Origin: Mobula hypostoma
Lineage: Eukaryota
Assembly: GCF_963921235.1 (NCBI RefSeq)
Contig: NC_086097.1
Coordinates: 169,262,001 to 169,326,000, forward strand
Reading direction: 5' to 3'
Length of the DNA stretch: 64,000 nucleotides
The position numbers and the translations under genes are program-made. The notes under the pieces were generated by a model. It was not told where the DNA came from and ran no database searches. It saw nothing but the letters and a program-made list of their open reading frames with translations. How positions within the stretch are numbered: position 1 is the stretch's first letter; every line of letters starts with the position of its first letter. This document shows positions 1 to 12,821 of this stretch, in pieces.

Positions 1-753
1 TCAGAAGGAGTAGCAGACCACATGACCCAATTGACATCGGTGGTGCGCAAGTGGAACAGGTCAAAAGCTTTAAGTTCCTCAGGGTCAATATCACAAATGA
101 CCTGACTTGGTCCAACCAAGCAGAGTTCGCTGCCAAGAAGGCCCACCAGCGCCTTTACTTCCTGAGAAAGCTAAAGAAATTTGGCCTGTCCTAAAACACT
201 CACTAATTTTTATAGATGCACCGAAGAAAGCATTCTTCTAGGGTGCATCACAACCTGGTATGGAAGTTGTCCTGTCCAAGACCGGAAAAAGCTGCAGAAG
301 ATCGTGAACACAGCCCAGCACATCACACAAACCAATCTTCCATCCTTGGACTCACTTTACTCTGCACGCTGTCGGAGCAGTGCTGCCAGGATAATCAAGG
401 ACACGACCCACCCAGCCAACACACTTTTCGTCCCTCTTCCCTCCAGGAGAAGGCTCAGGAGCTTGAAGACTCGTACGGCCAGATTTGGGAACAGCTTCTT
501 TCCAACTGTGGTAAGACTGCAGAACGGATCCTGACCCGGATCTGGGCCGTACCCTCCAAATATCCAGACCTGCCTCTCAGTTTTTTTTTGCACTACCTTA
601 CTTTCCCTTTTCTATTTTCTATTTATGATTTATAATTTAAATTTTTAATATTCACTATTGATTTCTACTCCAGGGAGCGCGCAGCGCAGAATCAAATATC
701 ACTGTGATGATTGTATGCTCTAGTATCAATTGTTTAGCCAGAATAAAGTAAAG
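1..753 (+). mobile_element. Rex1/Babar-type LINE, 3' portion (RT C-terminal region and 3' UTR); 5' part lies outside the window
   Basis: ORF 181..534 (LTNFYRCTEESIL...WYGSC...IIKDTTHPANTLFVPLPSRRRLRSLKTRTARFGNSFFP) has the typical Rex1/Babar C-terminus; ends in AATAAA-GTAAAG tail at 742-753. Confidence 0.85.
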
Positions 754-1159
754 AAGCAACGATCCCAGCAGCAGATTAAAGCCTCCCTGTAAATGAATAA
801 TATGGTCATTTTCTGCTTGGATCTACTATTGGTCTGAAAACTGACAGGATCTCAGGGGCAGGAAAAGCAACCAGTGTGACCCCTATTCTGGTGACTATTG
901 TGTACCCAAACACCAAGCTGAACAACAGGTTGAGGTTCTCCATATTCCCACTGTGGGAAAGGATAGATTTAATCATTTGGCTAGAAGGTTGCCCTAATGC
1001 CCCTGGAAGGAAAGGTTGCATAGGCACATACTTTTATCTACAATTAGGCAAGATATGTACCGAATATCCTCTTGCCCTTATTGGAAAAGGCAATGCTAGG
1101 TTCTGTTAGATCTTCCTTGAGCAGATTATCAAAGCTATTTGACAGAATGCCTGAGAACT

Positions 1160-1517
1160 GTCATAGTCATACTTTATTGATCCCGGGGGAAATTGGTTTT
1201 TGTTACAGTTGCACCATAAATAAATAGTAATACAACCAGAAATAATTAAATAGTAATATGTAAATTACACCAGATGGAAATAAGTCCAGGACCAGCCTAT
1301 TGGCTCAGGGTTTCTGACCCTCCAAGGGAGGAGTTGTAAAGTTTGATGTCCACAGGCAGGAATGACTTCCTATGACGCTCTGTGCTGCATCTCGGTGGAA
1401 TGAGTCTCTGGCTGAATGTACTCCTGTGCCCAACCAGTACATTATGTAGTGGATGGGAGACATTGTCCCAGATGGCATGCAACTTGGACGGCATCCTCTT
1501 TTCAGACACCACCGTCA
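1160..1517 (-). mobile_element. Rex1-type LINE, 5'-truncated 3' end
   Basis: ORF 1297..1518(-) KLHAIWDNVSHPLH...HRKSFLPVDIKLYN; minus-strand tail ATCAATAAAGTATGACTATGAC at 1160-1181; homologous to the 3' end of ORF 14885..15868. Confidence 0.8.
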
Positions 1518-2889
1518 AACAAGCATCAAGACTTAGCTAAAACACACAGATTGCTACAGGAACTCAGCAAGTCAAGCAGCACGTATGGAGTCAACACTTC
1601 AAGCCGAGACCGTTCATCAGCTTAGCTGGTGACGAGAAAGGCCCCCCTTTCTCAGATTGTTCAGCTTGGCGAGAATTCAACAGCACTATTATTGTCACCA
1701 AGGCAACTCCAGTGCGACCGAATCCATCAGCCTTATTGAATGTGCATTTGCCAAGGAAAGGCTGGAAATAGATGTGTGCCCTTTGACGAGAATCTTCCCC
1801 AACAGTTACACACTGTATAGGCCGTTCACACACCAAGACAAATATCAAACTCTGCTGGAGGATCATTGCTATGAAAGGTATTCTTTGCTCTGCCCATTAC
1901 TTGCTGCTGTTCCATTAGGATTGCCCAAAACTGTTTGCTCTAGAGTGGCACATTAGAATCATATTTATCATCACTGACATATATCTCATAAAATTTGTTT
2001 TACATCCCACAATTGAGGACTGTTGGAAAACTGATTAAGATATATAAGGAAAAGCCACAGCTTAAAATCCTCCTGCCATTGCACAATGTCACAAAAATGA
2101 GGGTACTATAAACGGAAGAAAAGAACCCTCAGGCTGATTGTGGCAGAGTGCATATCAGGCAAGTAACACATGTTGATATAAAATGAATCTTGCAAATGGA
2201 ATAGGGCACCTCTTTGTACCATGTACAGTGCTGAATGAATACCATTCTTGATGTATGAGCAATGACAACAACATTTTTGAAAAAAAACTAACAAAGCTGG
2301 CACACTTGGGACTCAATTGCTCAACTTCTTGCTTGCTTAAATTAATGAAACACCACAGTTGCAGCTTAGTTTCTTTATCTACGATAATGCAAGTCTTTCT
2401 TCTCTGTATTTGAGCAATTATTGCATCTGTAACATGCTTCAGTATGCACAATACCCACTTATATTTAAATGCCACCACACTACTAAACATACAAAATTAG
2501 TTGCATGTTCAACTGGTAGGTAATCATTTGATATATCTAGCAAATGATAGATCTATCTACTCTTTCTCCTTTGCTTTTACACTTTAATGGCCTATATCTG
2601 TTTCTGATTTTTAATGATTTCGCATTTAACTTCCCAGATTCTTCAAATCAAGATCTGCACATGCTTACAAGAGGTCCTGATATTTAGTCACTTAAAATTC
2701 TAACAGTAATCTGCAGAGATCAATAAAATATCCCAACAACTGCCATTACATTTAGATCCTCACCCATTATATTTGTGACTAACCAATATACAACTATGTT
2801 TCTAACTCAACGTATCCAGTTCAGAGATCCTTCAGTTACCCTTTTGCTAAAATATTCCCAGAAATGAAGGACCACTAACATTAGTTAAC

Positions 2890-3225
2890 CTTACAGTTAG
2901 GCACAATATCATGAAGGGCATAGATAGGATGAAAGCATATGGTCTTTTTCCTAGGGTAAGTAATCAAAAACAAAAGGGCACAGATTAGAGGGGGAAGAGG
3001 TTAAAGCAGCATAAGTGACAACTTCTTCACACAGAGTGGTGTACACAAGGAATAAGATGCCAGAGAAATTAATTAAGGTAGGTATATTAACAATGGTTAA
3101 GACATTTGAACAGGTACATGGGTAGAAAAGGCTTAAAGGGATATTGGCCAAATGCTGGCACATGAGACTAGTTCAAATGGTTGAGTTGGGCCAAAGGGCC
3201 TGATTTTGTACTGTACGACTCAATA
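2890..3225 (+). mobile_element. CR1 LINE degenerate 3' end
   Basis: Similar to 3' ends of other CR1 copies here (ttcacacagagtggt...gggccaaagggcctg...tgtactgtacgactc). Confidence 0.7.
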
Positions 3226-4149
3226 ATTTGAATTAGTCAAGTGAAAATAATTGAAGATTTGAAAATTCCAGGGATGAGAGTTTGTGACCACAATCTTCTA
3301 GATACAAAACCCATTTCTGTGTAAAGGTACACAGAAACTTACACTTTTCCTAACTTGTTTATCAAAAAAAAAATCAACTATCAAAATCTGGCTTCTGTCC
3401 CCTTCTCTCCAGTCTTAATGAAGAATCTTGACCTAAAATATCAACTTTTTATTCCCCTCCATAGATACTGACTTGCTAAGCTCCCCTAACCTTGTGTGTT
3501 TTAAACATTCAGTCAAGTTGAAGGTGACACTTTCACTTGCCAAATGGTAGAAGTGAGATCCTCATAGAGCATTTACACCAAAAAATAACATAATGTACAA
3601 CTTCCTGCACTGCAACCGAAATCCTGGAGTCACCCTAACATAGAAAAGCAGGGGAAATTATTTTTTTAAATCTGAGTTTTAACTTTTTAAATATTTTTTA
3701 AAATCACCTTGTTTATCACGTGTGTTCTGCAATTCAATGACAATAGGGATCCAAGATGAACCTTCCTGAAATCATATTCTTTTATTTTTACAATAAATAC
3801 CTTACTTTAAAAAAACTGCAGCTGGACGCTTCATATAGCACTATAGTTATTTACTAATAGCCTTAGTGCATTCAGTGTTCACACCCAAATAAGGTTTTAA
3901 AAGGCAAATCAGCAGTTTAAATAGTATTGTACTCCAAAAAGTGACCAACGATGAAATTAACACAAAAATAAGCTCTACAAGGTGGTGTTTGGTTAGATGT
4001 TATAATGCATGGGTACTATAATATTTAAATAGATTAAGAATTACAACATTAACCTATAATTTATATTTAAAAAATTAAAGCCTTCTATTGTCTAAAACAA
4101 TTTAGGTCTACAAGACGCTCGTCAATCATACAAGCAAATAACTCCTTTT

Positions 4150-4360
4150 CCCACCAAATCCAACTGTCCTAACCGTCTCTTTCCATCTTCGCGCCACTTC
4201 TTTCTGTCGTCACTTCCCTTATTCGCCGCATCAACTGCGCTGAACAATTGGACGCAAGAGGAGGAACGCGTTGGGACGTAAAGTCCGCGATGGAGCGGAG
4301 CCCCGCCCCCGAACACTGCGTCACCCACAGGACCGCTGCATTCCGTAGCTACGTGAGCTC
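4150..4360. promoter_or_regulatory. CpG-rich promoter-like region (ETS/CRE composite, GC box); gene unidentified
   Basis: Local CpG cluster in AT-rich flanks; CGTCACTTCC (= GGAAGTGACG on minus) 4208-4217; CCCCGCCCCC 4301-4310; TGCGTCA 4317-4323; no resemblance to repeats in this window. Confidence 0.6.
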
Positions 4361-4529
4361 TGTCAATTTATCATCCCCAGGGTCCTGAAGTCCCACCGTC
4401 AGCTGTTTCCCTCTGTACTGATGCTTCCTGACCTGCTGAGTATTTCCATTTTTATTATAGATTTTTGGCTTCAGATTATTTACCTCGTATACTGAACATG
4501 ATTTGGTATTCTAAAGACGAGAGAGATCT

Positions 4530-4672
4530 GGAACAACACGCATAAAATGCTGAGGAACTCAGCAGGTCAGGCAGCATCTAGAGAGGGAAATAAACAATTG
4601 ATGTTTCAGGCCAGTACCCTTCATCAGTCCTCAGGAGCTGCCTGAGTTCCTCCAGGGTTGTGTGTGTGTGTT
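4530..4672. mobile_element. Short palindromic Penelope-like element terminus with degenerate hammerhead motif
   Basis: aacacgcataaaatgctgaggaactcag...ctgagttcctccagggttgtgtgtgtgtgtt inverted arms; minus-strand CTGATGAAGGGTACTGGCCTGAAACATC. Confidence 0.7.
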
Positions 4673-4852
4673 AACTTGGTATTTTGAAGTGCAAGTGAAA
4701 TAAGACTTATTGATTATATCAATCTTCATCCATATTCTGTCTTGTATCAAGTGCAGTGCTGCCTATGATTCCTAACTTTCTTCCTCTGAAAACCTGGTCA
4801 CTCAAGAACTCAATATGAAAAACCAAATACTTAAATCCCTGCCTCCCTCTAA

Positions 4853-5591
4853 AGGCTGATTTATACTTGTGCCTCAAATGTACGCCGTAGGTACGGTGTA
4901 GCAACGTACCTACGCTGTACTCTACGCCGAACCCTACACCGTAGCCTAACACGCACCTCTCCCAAATTGTAACTACGCGTTGCGGCGACGCAGACCTCAA
5001 CAACTGTGATTGGTTGGCTTGGTAGCATTGCATTTCCTCCTACGCTGCAATAGCTTCCCATTTGGCGATTGAAGGGCAGGGAAGGATCTCTGGCTGCAAT
5101 GCTTTCCATAAAGCTTTACAGACCTCTGAAATTATGGAGGACCCTGTGCTTGATGCCAGATTGTAGCTAACTGCTACAGCCTGTTGACTTCCACCTGGAG
5201 CTAAAACTCGAATGGTGGTTGCCAGTCTCTGAGTATACTGTGCGTACACTGATGCAAAATAAATGGTTGGAGACGATGAACCAAATCGTCAAATCTACCT
5301 GCCGACATCCGAAAATATTTGAAATGCATTTCCTCGTCCATGTCTCTCAGTGGCCGGACAAGCACAGAAAATTCACCCTCCTTCAGTTTCAGTCGCCATT
5401 GTTTGAAGTTTGAGTTTCTTCGTGTTGAGTTTCAACATGAAGAAACTCAACACAGCGGCATAGAAACCCCACCGCCAACTTTTTTGGTGATGAATTGCAG
5501 AGCGACGCAGACACACCAATGCGCAAGTATAAATGCCCACAACGGCGTAGCCCACTTGCGTAAGCTAGTAGGCACAAGTATAAGTCAGCCT
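4853..5591 (-). mobile_element. PIF/Harbinger DNA transposon, internally deleted (non-autonomous)
   Basis: 22-bp TIRs AGGCTGATTTATACTTGTGCCT / AGGCACAAGTATAAGTCAGCCT (1 mismatch); TAA TSD at 4850-4852 and 5592-5594; minus-strand transposase remnant [28 protein letters not shown] / [46 protein letters not shown]. Confidence 0.9.
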
Positions 5592-5594
5592 TAA

Positions 5595-5830
5595 CAATGG
5601 TAGCACAATTGGTAAAGCCACTGCTACAGCACCAAAGATCCGGGTTCAATCTGACCTTGGTGCTATAAGTGTAGAGTTTGCAGCACTTGTGTTTCCTTTG
5701 GGTGCCTCCTCATCATCCCAAAGACATGCAGGTAGGTAGATCAATTGGTCACTTGCGGTGTGGCCCTTGTGTGGAGGTGAGGGGTAGATCTGTTGGAGAG
5801 TTCATGGGAATGAGTGGAGAATAAAAAATG
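5595..5830 (+). mobile_element. tRNA-derived V-SINE (HE1-like), degenerate
   Basis: A/B-box-like head (tggtagcacaattggt...ccgggttcaatc) followed by V-domain-like gtagagtttgca...cccaaagacatgcaggt. Confidence 0.7.
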
Positions 5831-8800
5831 CAATGAATAGAACACAGAGTGGTACAGCACAGTGGGAGCCCTTCGGCCCACAATGTTATGCAAACCTATA
5901 TAAATCTATGCTTGGCATCTCCCCTAAACATTCCTCGACTCACCTTAAAAGGATGTTCTCCAGTACTCGCCATTGCTGCCCTGGGAAAAAGGTGCTGGCT
6001 GTTCATTCTTGAATGTCATCACCTCCTACAAAGCAAAACCAAACTGAGACATACACAAAATGCTGGAGGAACTCAGCAGATCAGACAATATCTATGGAAA
6101 TGAACAGTTGATATCTCAGACTGAGGCCTTTCACAAAGGATGGTACATGGTAATGCGGGCGTTTACAGAGGATAAAATTATAATAGAGTTTACAAAATAC
6201 TACATAAACAGACTGACAAACAACCGATGTGCAAAAGGAGACAAACTGCAAATATAAAATAATAGAGAACATGAAGAAGGGCCTCAGCCCAAAACATCAA
6301 CAGTTTGTTCATTTCCCTAGGACCTGCTGAGTTCCTCCAACACTTTGTGTGTATCACATATGTTTCTTAGTTTTGGAGAAGCCAAGAGAATGGGGCTGAG
6401 GGGAAAATAAATCAGCCACGATGAAATGGCAGAGCAGACACAATGGGCCAAATGGCCTAATTCTGCTCCTATATCTTATGGTTTTAAAATTTTGTTTATG
6501 TTGCTTTGAATTTCCTGTATTTGCAGAATATCTTGTGTTTAAACATATGTGGCCATAAGCTCAATGCTTTTTTATGTTGGCTTCAATTGACAAAACGAGG
6601 AGGCACGTTCACAAACTCTCATAGCCCCTGATGACCCTGTGATTTCAGTCTCTGAGGCCAATGTGAGAGCATCTGTCAGGAGGGTGAACCCACAGAAAGC
6701 ACCTGGCCCAGACAGTGTACCTGGCCAAGTACTGAAGACCTGTGCTGATCAACTGGCTGGAGTGTTCACTGATATCTTTAACCTCTCACTTAGGCATTCT
6801 GAGGGACCCACCTGCTTAAAGAGGTCTTCAGTCATACCACTACCCAAGAAGAATGCAGTAACCTGCCTCATCTAGCAGCACTTATATCCACTGTGCTGAA
6901 GTGTCATGAAGCTGATCAATTCCTGACTGAGGAGTGACTTGAATTTACTCCAACTTGCCTACCGTCACAGCAGGTCAACAGCAGATGCCATTTCGTTGGC
7001 TCTTCACTCAATCCTGGAAGATCTGGACAGTGAAGTTGCATACAGTAGGGTTCTCTTCACTGACTACAGTTCTGCATTCAACCCTATCATCCCCTCAAAA
7101 CCAATCATTAAGGTCCAAGACCTAAGCCTTGAAACCTCCTCGTGCAGCTGGATCCTCAATTCCTCACTCGCAGAACCCAGTCAGTACAGATTGGCAACAT
7201 CTCCTCCACAATCACCAACAACAGAGGGGCACCTTAAGGCTGTGTGCTTAGCACTGCTCTACGCAATTTATCCACATGACTGTGAGGCTAAGTACAGCTC
7301 CAACATCATATTTAAGTTTGTTGATGACACCTCTGCCATTTGATGAATCAAAGGTGGTAACAAATCAGCATGTAGGAGGGAAATTGAAAATTAGGTTGAG
7401 TGTTTCCAAAACAAAGATTTTTTACCCATCATCCACTAAACCACAAAGGTGATTATTGACACAGAAGCAAAAATTGGAGGTCCTTCTCCATAAGTCAGTG
7501 CTCATTGGGGGTTTGGAGGTGGAGAGGGTTAGTAACTTTAAATACCAGTAACTTTAAGTATCATATCAGAGGCTTTGTCCTGGAACCAACATGATATGGC
7601 CTGATATGGAAACACTTGTGCCCAAGAATGGAAAAGCTTGGAAAAAGTGGTAGATACAGCCCAGTTCATTGCAGGAAAAACCCTCACACCACAGTACGTG
7701 GCCTATCAGCGGTATCAACAGAGCTCTATGAACTGAATAAAAGTACAGAAGGGATAAGCGGAGCGGCCATTGTCGGGAGTAGGCCAGTGGTGAGAGTAGA
7801 AGTGACAGTCTTTGGCTCAAAAGAGGCATCGGCTCTGTGTAAAGCATCTATTAAAGTTTCCTTTTTGATTTTTTTTCCTCTCCTACGGTACCATTTAAAT
7901 AGCTGTGGTGTGCTCTTTGTGCCGGATGTTAGAGAACTGGGAGACCCAGAGTCTCCCGGGAAACAACATCCGCATGAAGTGCATCCAGCTGCAGCTCCTT
8001 GATCTGGAGCAGCAACTGGATGACTTCCGGCTTGTACAGAAGAGCAAGGATATAATTGATCAAAGTTACAGGGAAGTAGTCAGCCCAGAGTTACAGGAGG
8101 CAAGTAGCTGGGTGACCGTAAGGAGAAATGGAAATAGGCAGTTAGAGCAGAGCACCCCTGTGGCCATTCCCTTCAAAAACAAGTAATACCGCTTTGGATA
8201 CTTTTGTGGGGGATGACCTCCCAGGAGAATGCCATGGCAACCGGGTTACAGGCACTGAGCATGGGCCCGTGGTGCAGAAGGGAAACAGGCAGAAGAAGGG
8301 AGTGGTAGGGATAGGGGACTTGATAGTGAGGGGAACAGACAGGAGATTCTGTGGACATGAACGGGACACCCAGATGGTATGTTACCTCCCAGGTGCCAGG
8401 ATCAGGGATGTCTCAGATCACGTCCACAACATTTTGGAGAGGGAGGGGGAGCAGCCAGATGTCTTGGTACATATTGGTACCAATGACATAGGAAGGAAAA
8501 GCAATGAGGTCCTGAAAAGAAAATTTGGAGAGCTAGGTAGAAAGCTGGGAAGCAGGATCTCCTCGGTAGTAATTTCTGGATTGCAGCCTGTGCCACGTGC
8601 CAGTGAAGGTAGAAACAGGACGATTTGGCAGATCAATGAGTGGCTGAGAGACTGGTGCATGGGGCAGGGCTTCAGGTTCTTGGATAATTGGGGGAGGTAT
8701 GACCTGTTCAAAAGTGACGGGTTGCACCTGAACCTGAGGGGAAACCAATATTCTTGCGGGCAGGTTTGTTAGAGCTGTTTTAAACTAACTTGGCAGGGAG

Positions 8801-10540
8801 GTGGGAACAGAGTGAAGGGACTCAGGATAGGACAGATGGTAAAAAAGTAAAGATAGCATGCAGTCAGACTGTCAGGAAGGGCAGGCCGGTGATGGGACTT
8901 AGTTGCAGCCAACAGGCTGAGTATTAAATCATTAGGGATGCAGAATCTGAAAGGATAGCAAATATGGTACTCAAGGTGTTGTATCTAAATGCACGTAGTA
9001 TAAGAAATAAGGTAGACGATCTTATTGCAATATTACAGGTTGCCAGGTATGATATTGTGGCCATCACTGAATCGTGGCTGAAGGATGGTTGTAGTTGGGA
9101 GCTGAATGACCAAGGAAACACATTATATCAGATGATAGGAAGGTAAGCAGAGGGAGTGGTGTGGCTCTACTGGTAAAGAATGGCATCAAATCCGTAGAAA
9201 GAAGTGACATAGGATCAGAGGCTGTTGAATCCTTGTGGGTTGAGTTAAGAAACTGCAAGGGTAAAAGGACATTGGTGGCAGTTATATACAGGCCTCCCAA
9301 CAGTGGCTGGGAGATGGACCACAGGCTACAACTGGAAATAGAAAAGGCGAGTCAAAAGGGCAATGTTATGGTAGTCATGGGAGATTTTAACATGCAAGTC
9401 TATTGGGAAAATCAGGTTGGTAATGGACCTCAAAGAGAATGAGTTTGTTGAATGCCTAAGAAATAGCTTTTTAGAGCAGTTTCTTGTTGAGTCTACTAGG
9501 GCATCAGCTATACTAGATTAGGTGTTATATAATGAACCAGGTGCAATTAGGGATTGAGGTAATAGAACCCTTAGGAACCAGTGATCACAGCATAATTGTG
9601 TTCAACTTGAAATTTGATAGGGAGAAAGCAAAGTCTGATTAGCAGTATTTCAGTGAAGTAAGGGAAATTACAGTGGTATGAGAGAGGAGTTGGTCAAAGT
9701 AAATTGGAAGGAGCTGCTCGCAGGGATGTCAGCAGAGCAGCGATGGCGTGCATTTCTAGGAAAAATGAGGAAGGTGCAGGACATGTGTATTCCAAAAGTG
9801 AAGAAATATTCAGATGGTAAATTCGTACAATAGTGGCTGACAAGGGAAGTCAAAGCTATTGTAAAAGCAAAAGACAGGGCATACAACAAAGCAAAAAATA
9901 GTGGGAAGATAGAGGATTGGGAAGTTTTTAAAAACCTACAGAGAGCAACTAAAAAAATCATTAGAAGGGAAAAGATGAAATATGAAAGCAAGCTAGCAAA
10001 TAATATCAAAGTAGATAGTAAATGTTTTTTCAAGTATGTTAAAAATGAAAGAGAAATGAGAGTGGATATAGGACCGCTAGAAAATGAAACAGGAGAAATA
10101 ATAACAGGGACAAGGAGATGGCTGATGAACTAGTTGATTATTTTGCATCAGTCTTCACTGTGGAAGATACTAACAGTAATCCTGATGTTGTAGTGTGTGA
10201 AGGAAGAGAAGTGGATGCAGTTACTGTTACAAGAGAGAAGGTGCTCAAAAAGCTGAAAGACCTAAAGCTATATATGTCACCTGGACCAGATGAACTGCAC
10301 CTAGGGTTTTGAAAGATGTAGCGTTAGAGATTGTGGAGGCATTAGAAATGATCTTTCAAAAATCATTGGACTCTGGCAGGGTGCCAAAGGAGTGGAACAT
10401 TTGCAACATTACTACACTCCTTAAGAAAGGAGGAAGGCAGCAGAAAGTAAATTATAGACCAGTTAGCCTGACCTCAGTGGTTGGGAAGATGTTGGAGTCA
10501 ATTGCTAAGGATGAGGTGATGGGGTACTTGGTGACCCAGG

Positions 10541-12433
10541 ATCAGAATCAAAATCAGGTTTATTATCACTGGCACGTGATGTGAAATTTGTTAACTTAGC
10601 AGCAGCAGTTCAATGCAATACATAATCTAGCAGAGAAAAATATAATAAATAAAATAAAAATAATAATAATAAATAAACAAGTAAATCAATTACAGCATAC
10701 GTATATTGAATAGATTTTTAAGAAACATGCATAAACAGAACTACTGTATTTTTAAAAAAAGTGAAGTAGTGTCCAAAGATTCAATGTCCATTTAGGAATC
10801 GGATGGCAGAGGGGAAGAAGCTGTTCCTGAATCACTGAGTGTGTGCCTTCAGGCTTCTGTATCTCCTACCTGATGGAAACAGTGAGAAAAAGGCATGCCC
10901 TGGGTACCCATAATGGATGTTGCCTTTCTGAGACACCGCTCCCTGAAGATGTCCTGGGTACTTTGTAGGCTAGTACCCAAGATGGAGCTGACTAGATTTA
11001 CAACCTTCTGCAGCTTCTTTCAGTCCTGTGCAATAGCCCCTCCATACGAGACAGTGATGCAGCCTGTCAGAATGCTCTCCACAGTACAACTGTAAAAGTT
11101 TTTGAGTATATTGCGAGTTGCAGGAGGAGAAGATGGCAACGCGCCTGTGTGTGCGCAGCCCTCCGGTGAAAAATGATATTGTATCTGTTAAATAGGGGCC
11201 GTGGACAATTCTGATTTGATGGAGAATGGACATGAAAGCACAGAGGAACATCTGGAGAAATTTCTGAAATGCCCGTTCGCTGCTGTTGTTACTGTGTGGT
11301 CAGAAATCTTTTGGAGGGTAAGCTTCAAAATCCCTGGCCTTGCCTGCTTTTGGCGACCGAGAAAGAGGTCGAATCATTCGGACAGAGATGGCGCTCAGTA
11401 CTCGGTGTTGGAGAGCTGATCAGAGCTTGAAGTTTTCGGATGACTCAGAGTCGGATTGTGGTCGGCATGGCAGGGAGAGTTTTTCTTCCTTCTCCCGTCT
11501 GCGTGAGATGTGGGACATTTGAGGGACTTTGAACTTTTACTGTGCTCGTGGACTTCTTCATCAAGTTATGGTATTGTTGCACTGTTGTAACTATATGTTA
11601 TAATTATGTGGTTTTGTTAGTTTTTTCAGTCTTGGTCTGTCCTGTGTTTTGTGATATCACACCGAAGGAAATAATGTATCATTTCTTAATGCATGCATTA
11701 CTAAATGACAATAAAAGAGGACTACATGTCTTCATATTTGTTGACATGCCAAATCTCTTCAAACTCCTATTAAAGTATAGTTGCTGTCTTGCCTTCTTTA
11801 TAACTACATCGATATGTTGGGACCAGGTTAGATCCTCAGAGATCTTGATACCCAGGAACTTGAAACTGCTCACTCTCTCCACTTCTGATCCCTCTATGAG
11901 GATTGGCATGTGCTCCTCCATCCTACCCTTCCTGAAGACCACAATCAGCTCTTTCGTCTTACTGACGTTGAGTGCCAGATTGTTGCTGCCACACCACTCC
12001 ACTAGTTGGCATATCTCACTCCTGTACACCCTCTCGTCACCACCTGAGATTCTACCAACAATGGTTGATTCATCAGCAAATTTATAGATGGTATTTGAGC
12101 TATGACTAGCCACACAGTCATGTATATACAGAGAGTAGAGCAGTGGGCTAAGTACACACCTCTGAGGTGCGCCAGTGTTGATCATCAGCGAGGAGGATAT
12201 GTTATCACCAGTCCGCACAGATTGTGGTCTTCCAGTTAGGAAGTCGAGGATCCAATTGCAGAGGGAGGTACAGAGGTCCAGTTCTGCAACTTCCCAATCA
12301 GGATTGTGGAAATGATGGTATTAAATGCTGAGCTATAGTCGATGAACAGCATCCTGACGTAGTTCTGTTGTCCAGGTGGTCTAAAGCCATGTGGAGAGCC
12401 ATTGAGGTTGCATCTGCCGTTGACCTATTGTGG
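10541..12433 (-). mobile_element. Rex1/Babar-type LINE, 5'-truncated, inserted in CR1 ORF2
   Basis: ORF 11679..12218(-) [17 protein letters not shown]...IYKFADES...KARQQLYF; tail seen as atcagaatcaaaatcaggtttattatcac at 10541-10569; CR1 reading resumes at ~12434. Confidence 0.88.
11113..11733 (+). mobile_element. Non-autonomous SINE-like retroposon (no tRNA head), copy 1
   Basis: Interrupts the Rex element with candidate ATATT TSD (11108-11112, 11734-11738); starts GGAGGAGAAGATGGC, ends ATGACAATAAAAGAGGACTACATGTCTTC; homologous along its length to 12822..13482(-). Confidence 0.75.
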
Positions 12434-12821
12434 AGATAGGTCAAAGTCAGCATGGTTTCCTTCAGGGAAAATCCTGCCAGACGAACCTGTTGGAATTCTT
12501 TGAGGAGATTACAGGTAGGATAGATAAAGGGGATGCAGTGGATGTTGTATATTTGGACTTTCAGAAGGCCTTCGACAAGGTGCCACATGTGAGGCTGCTT
12601 ACCAAGTTAAGAGCCCGTGGTATTACATGAAAGTCACTAACATGGTTAGAGCATTGGCTGATTGGCAGGAGGCAGCGAGTGGGAATAAAAGGATCATTTT
12701 CTGGTTGATTGCCAGTGACTAGTGGTGTTCCACAGGGGTCAATGTTAGGACCACTTTCTTTATGCTGTATATAAATTATTTAGGTGAAGGAATATATGGC
12801 TTTATTGCCAGACTTGCAGAT

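Noticed and set aside
181..534. 117-aa ORF that could be called a host protein (this domain is often annotated as ALKBH8 N-terminal-like/DUF1891)
   Set aside because: It is the C-terminus of a Rex1/Babar RT, followed by a LINE tail; homologous fragments recur across the window
1657..1956. 99-aa plus-strand ORF and overlapping minus ORF in non-repeat-looking sequence
   Set aside because: No recognisable protein motif and no convincing splice partners; left unannotated
3708..3765. Possible second exon (ag...gt, minus strand) for the gene at the 4.2-kb promoter
   Set aside because: Weak polypyrimidine tract, and splicing from the candidate ATG exon gives an early TGA; unsupported without transcripts
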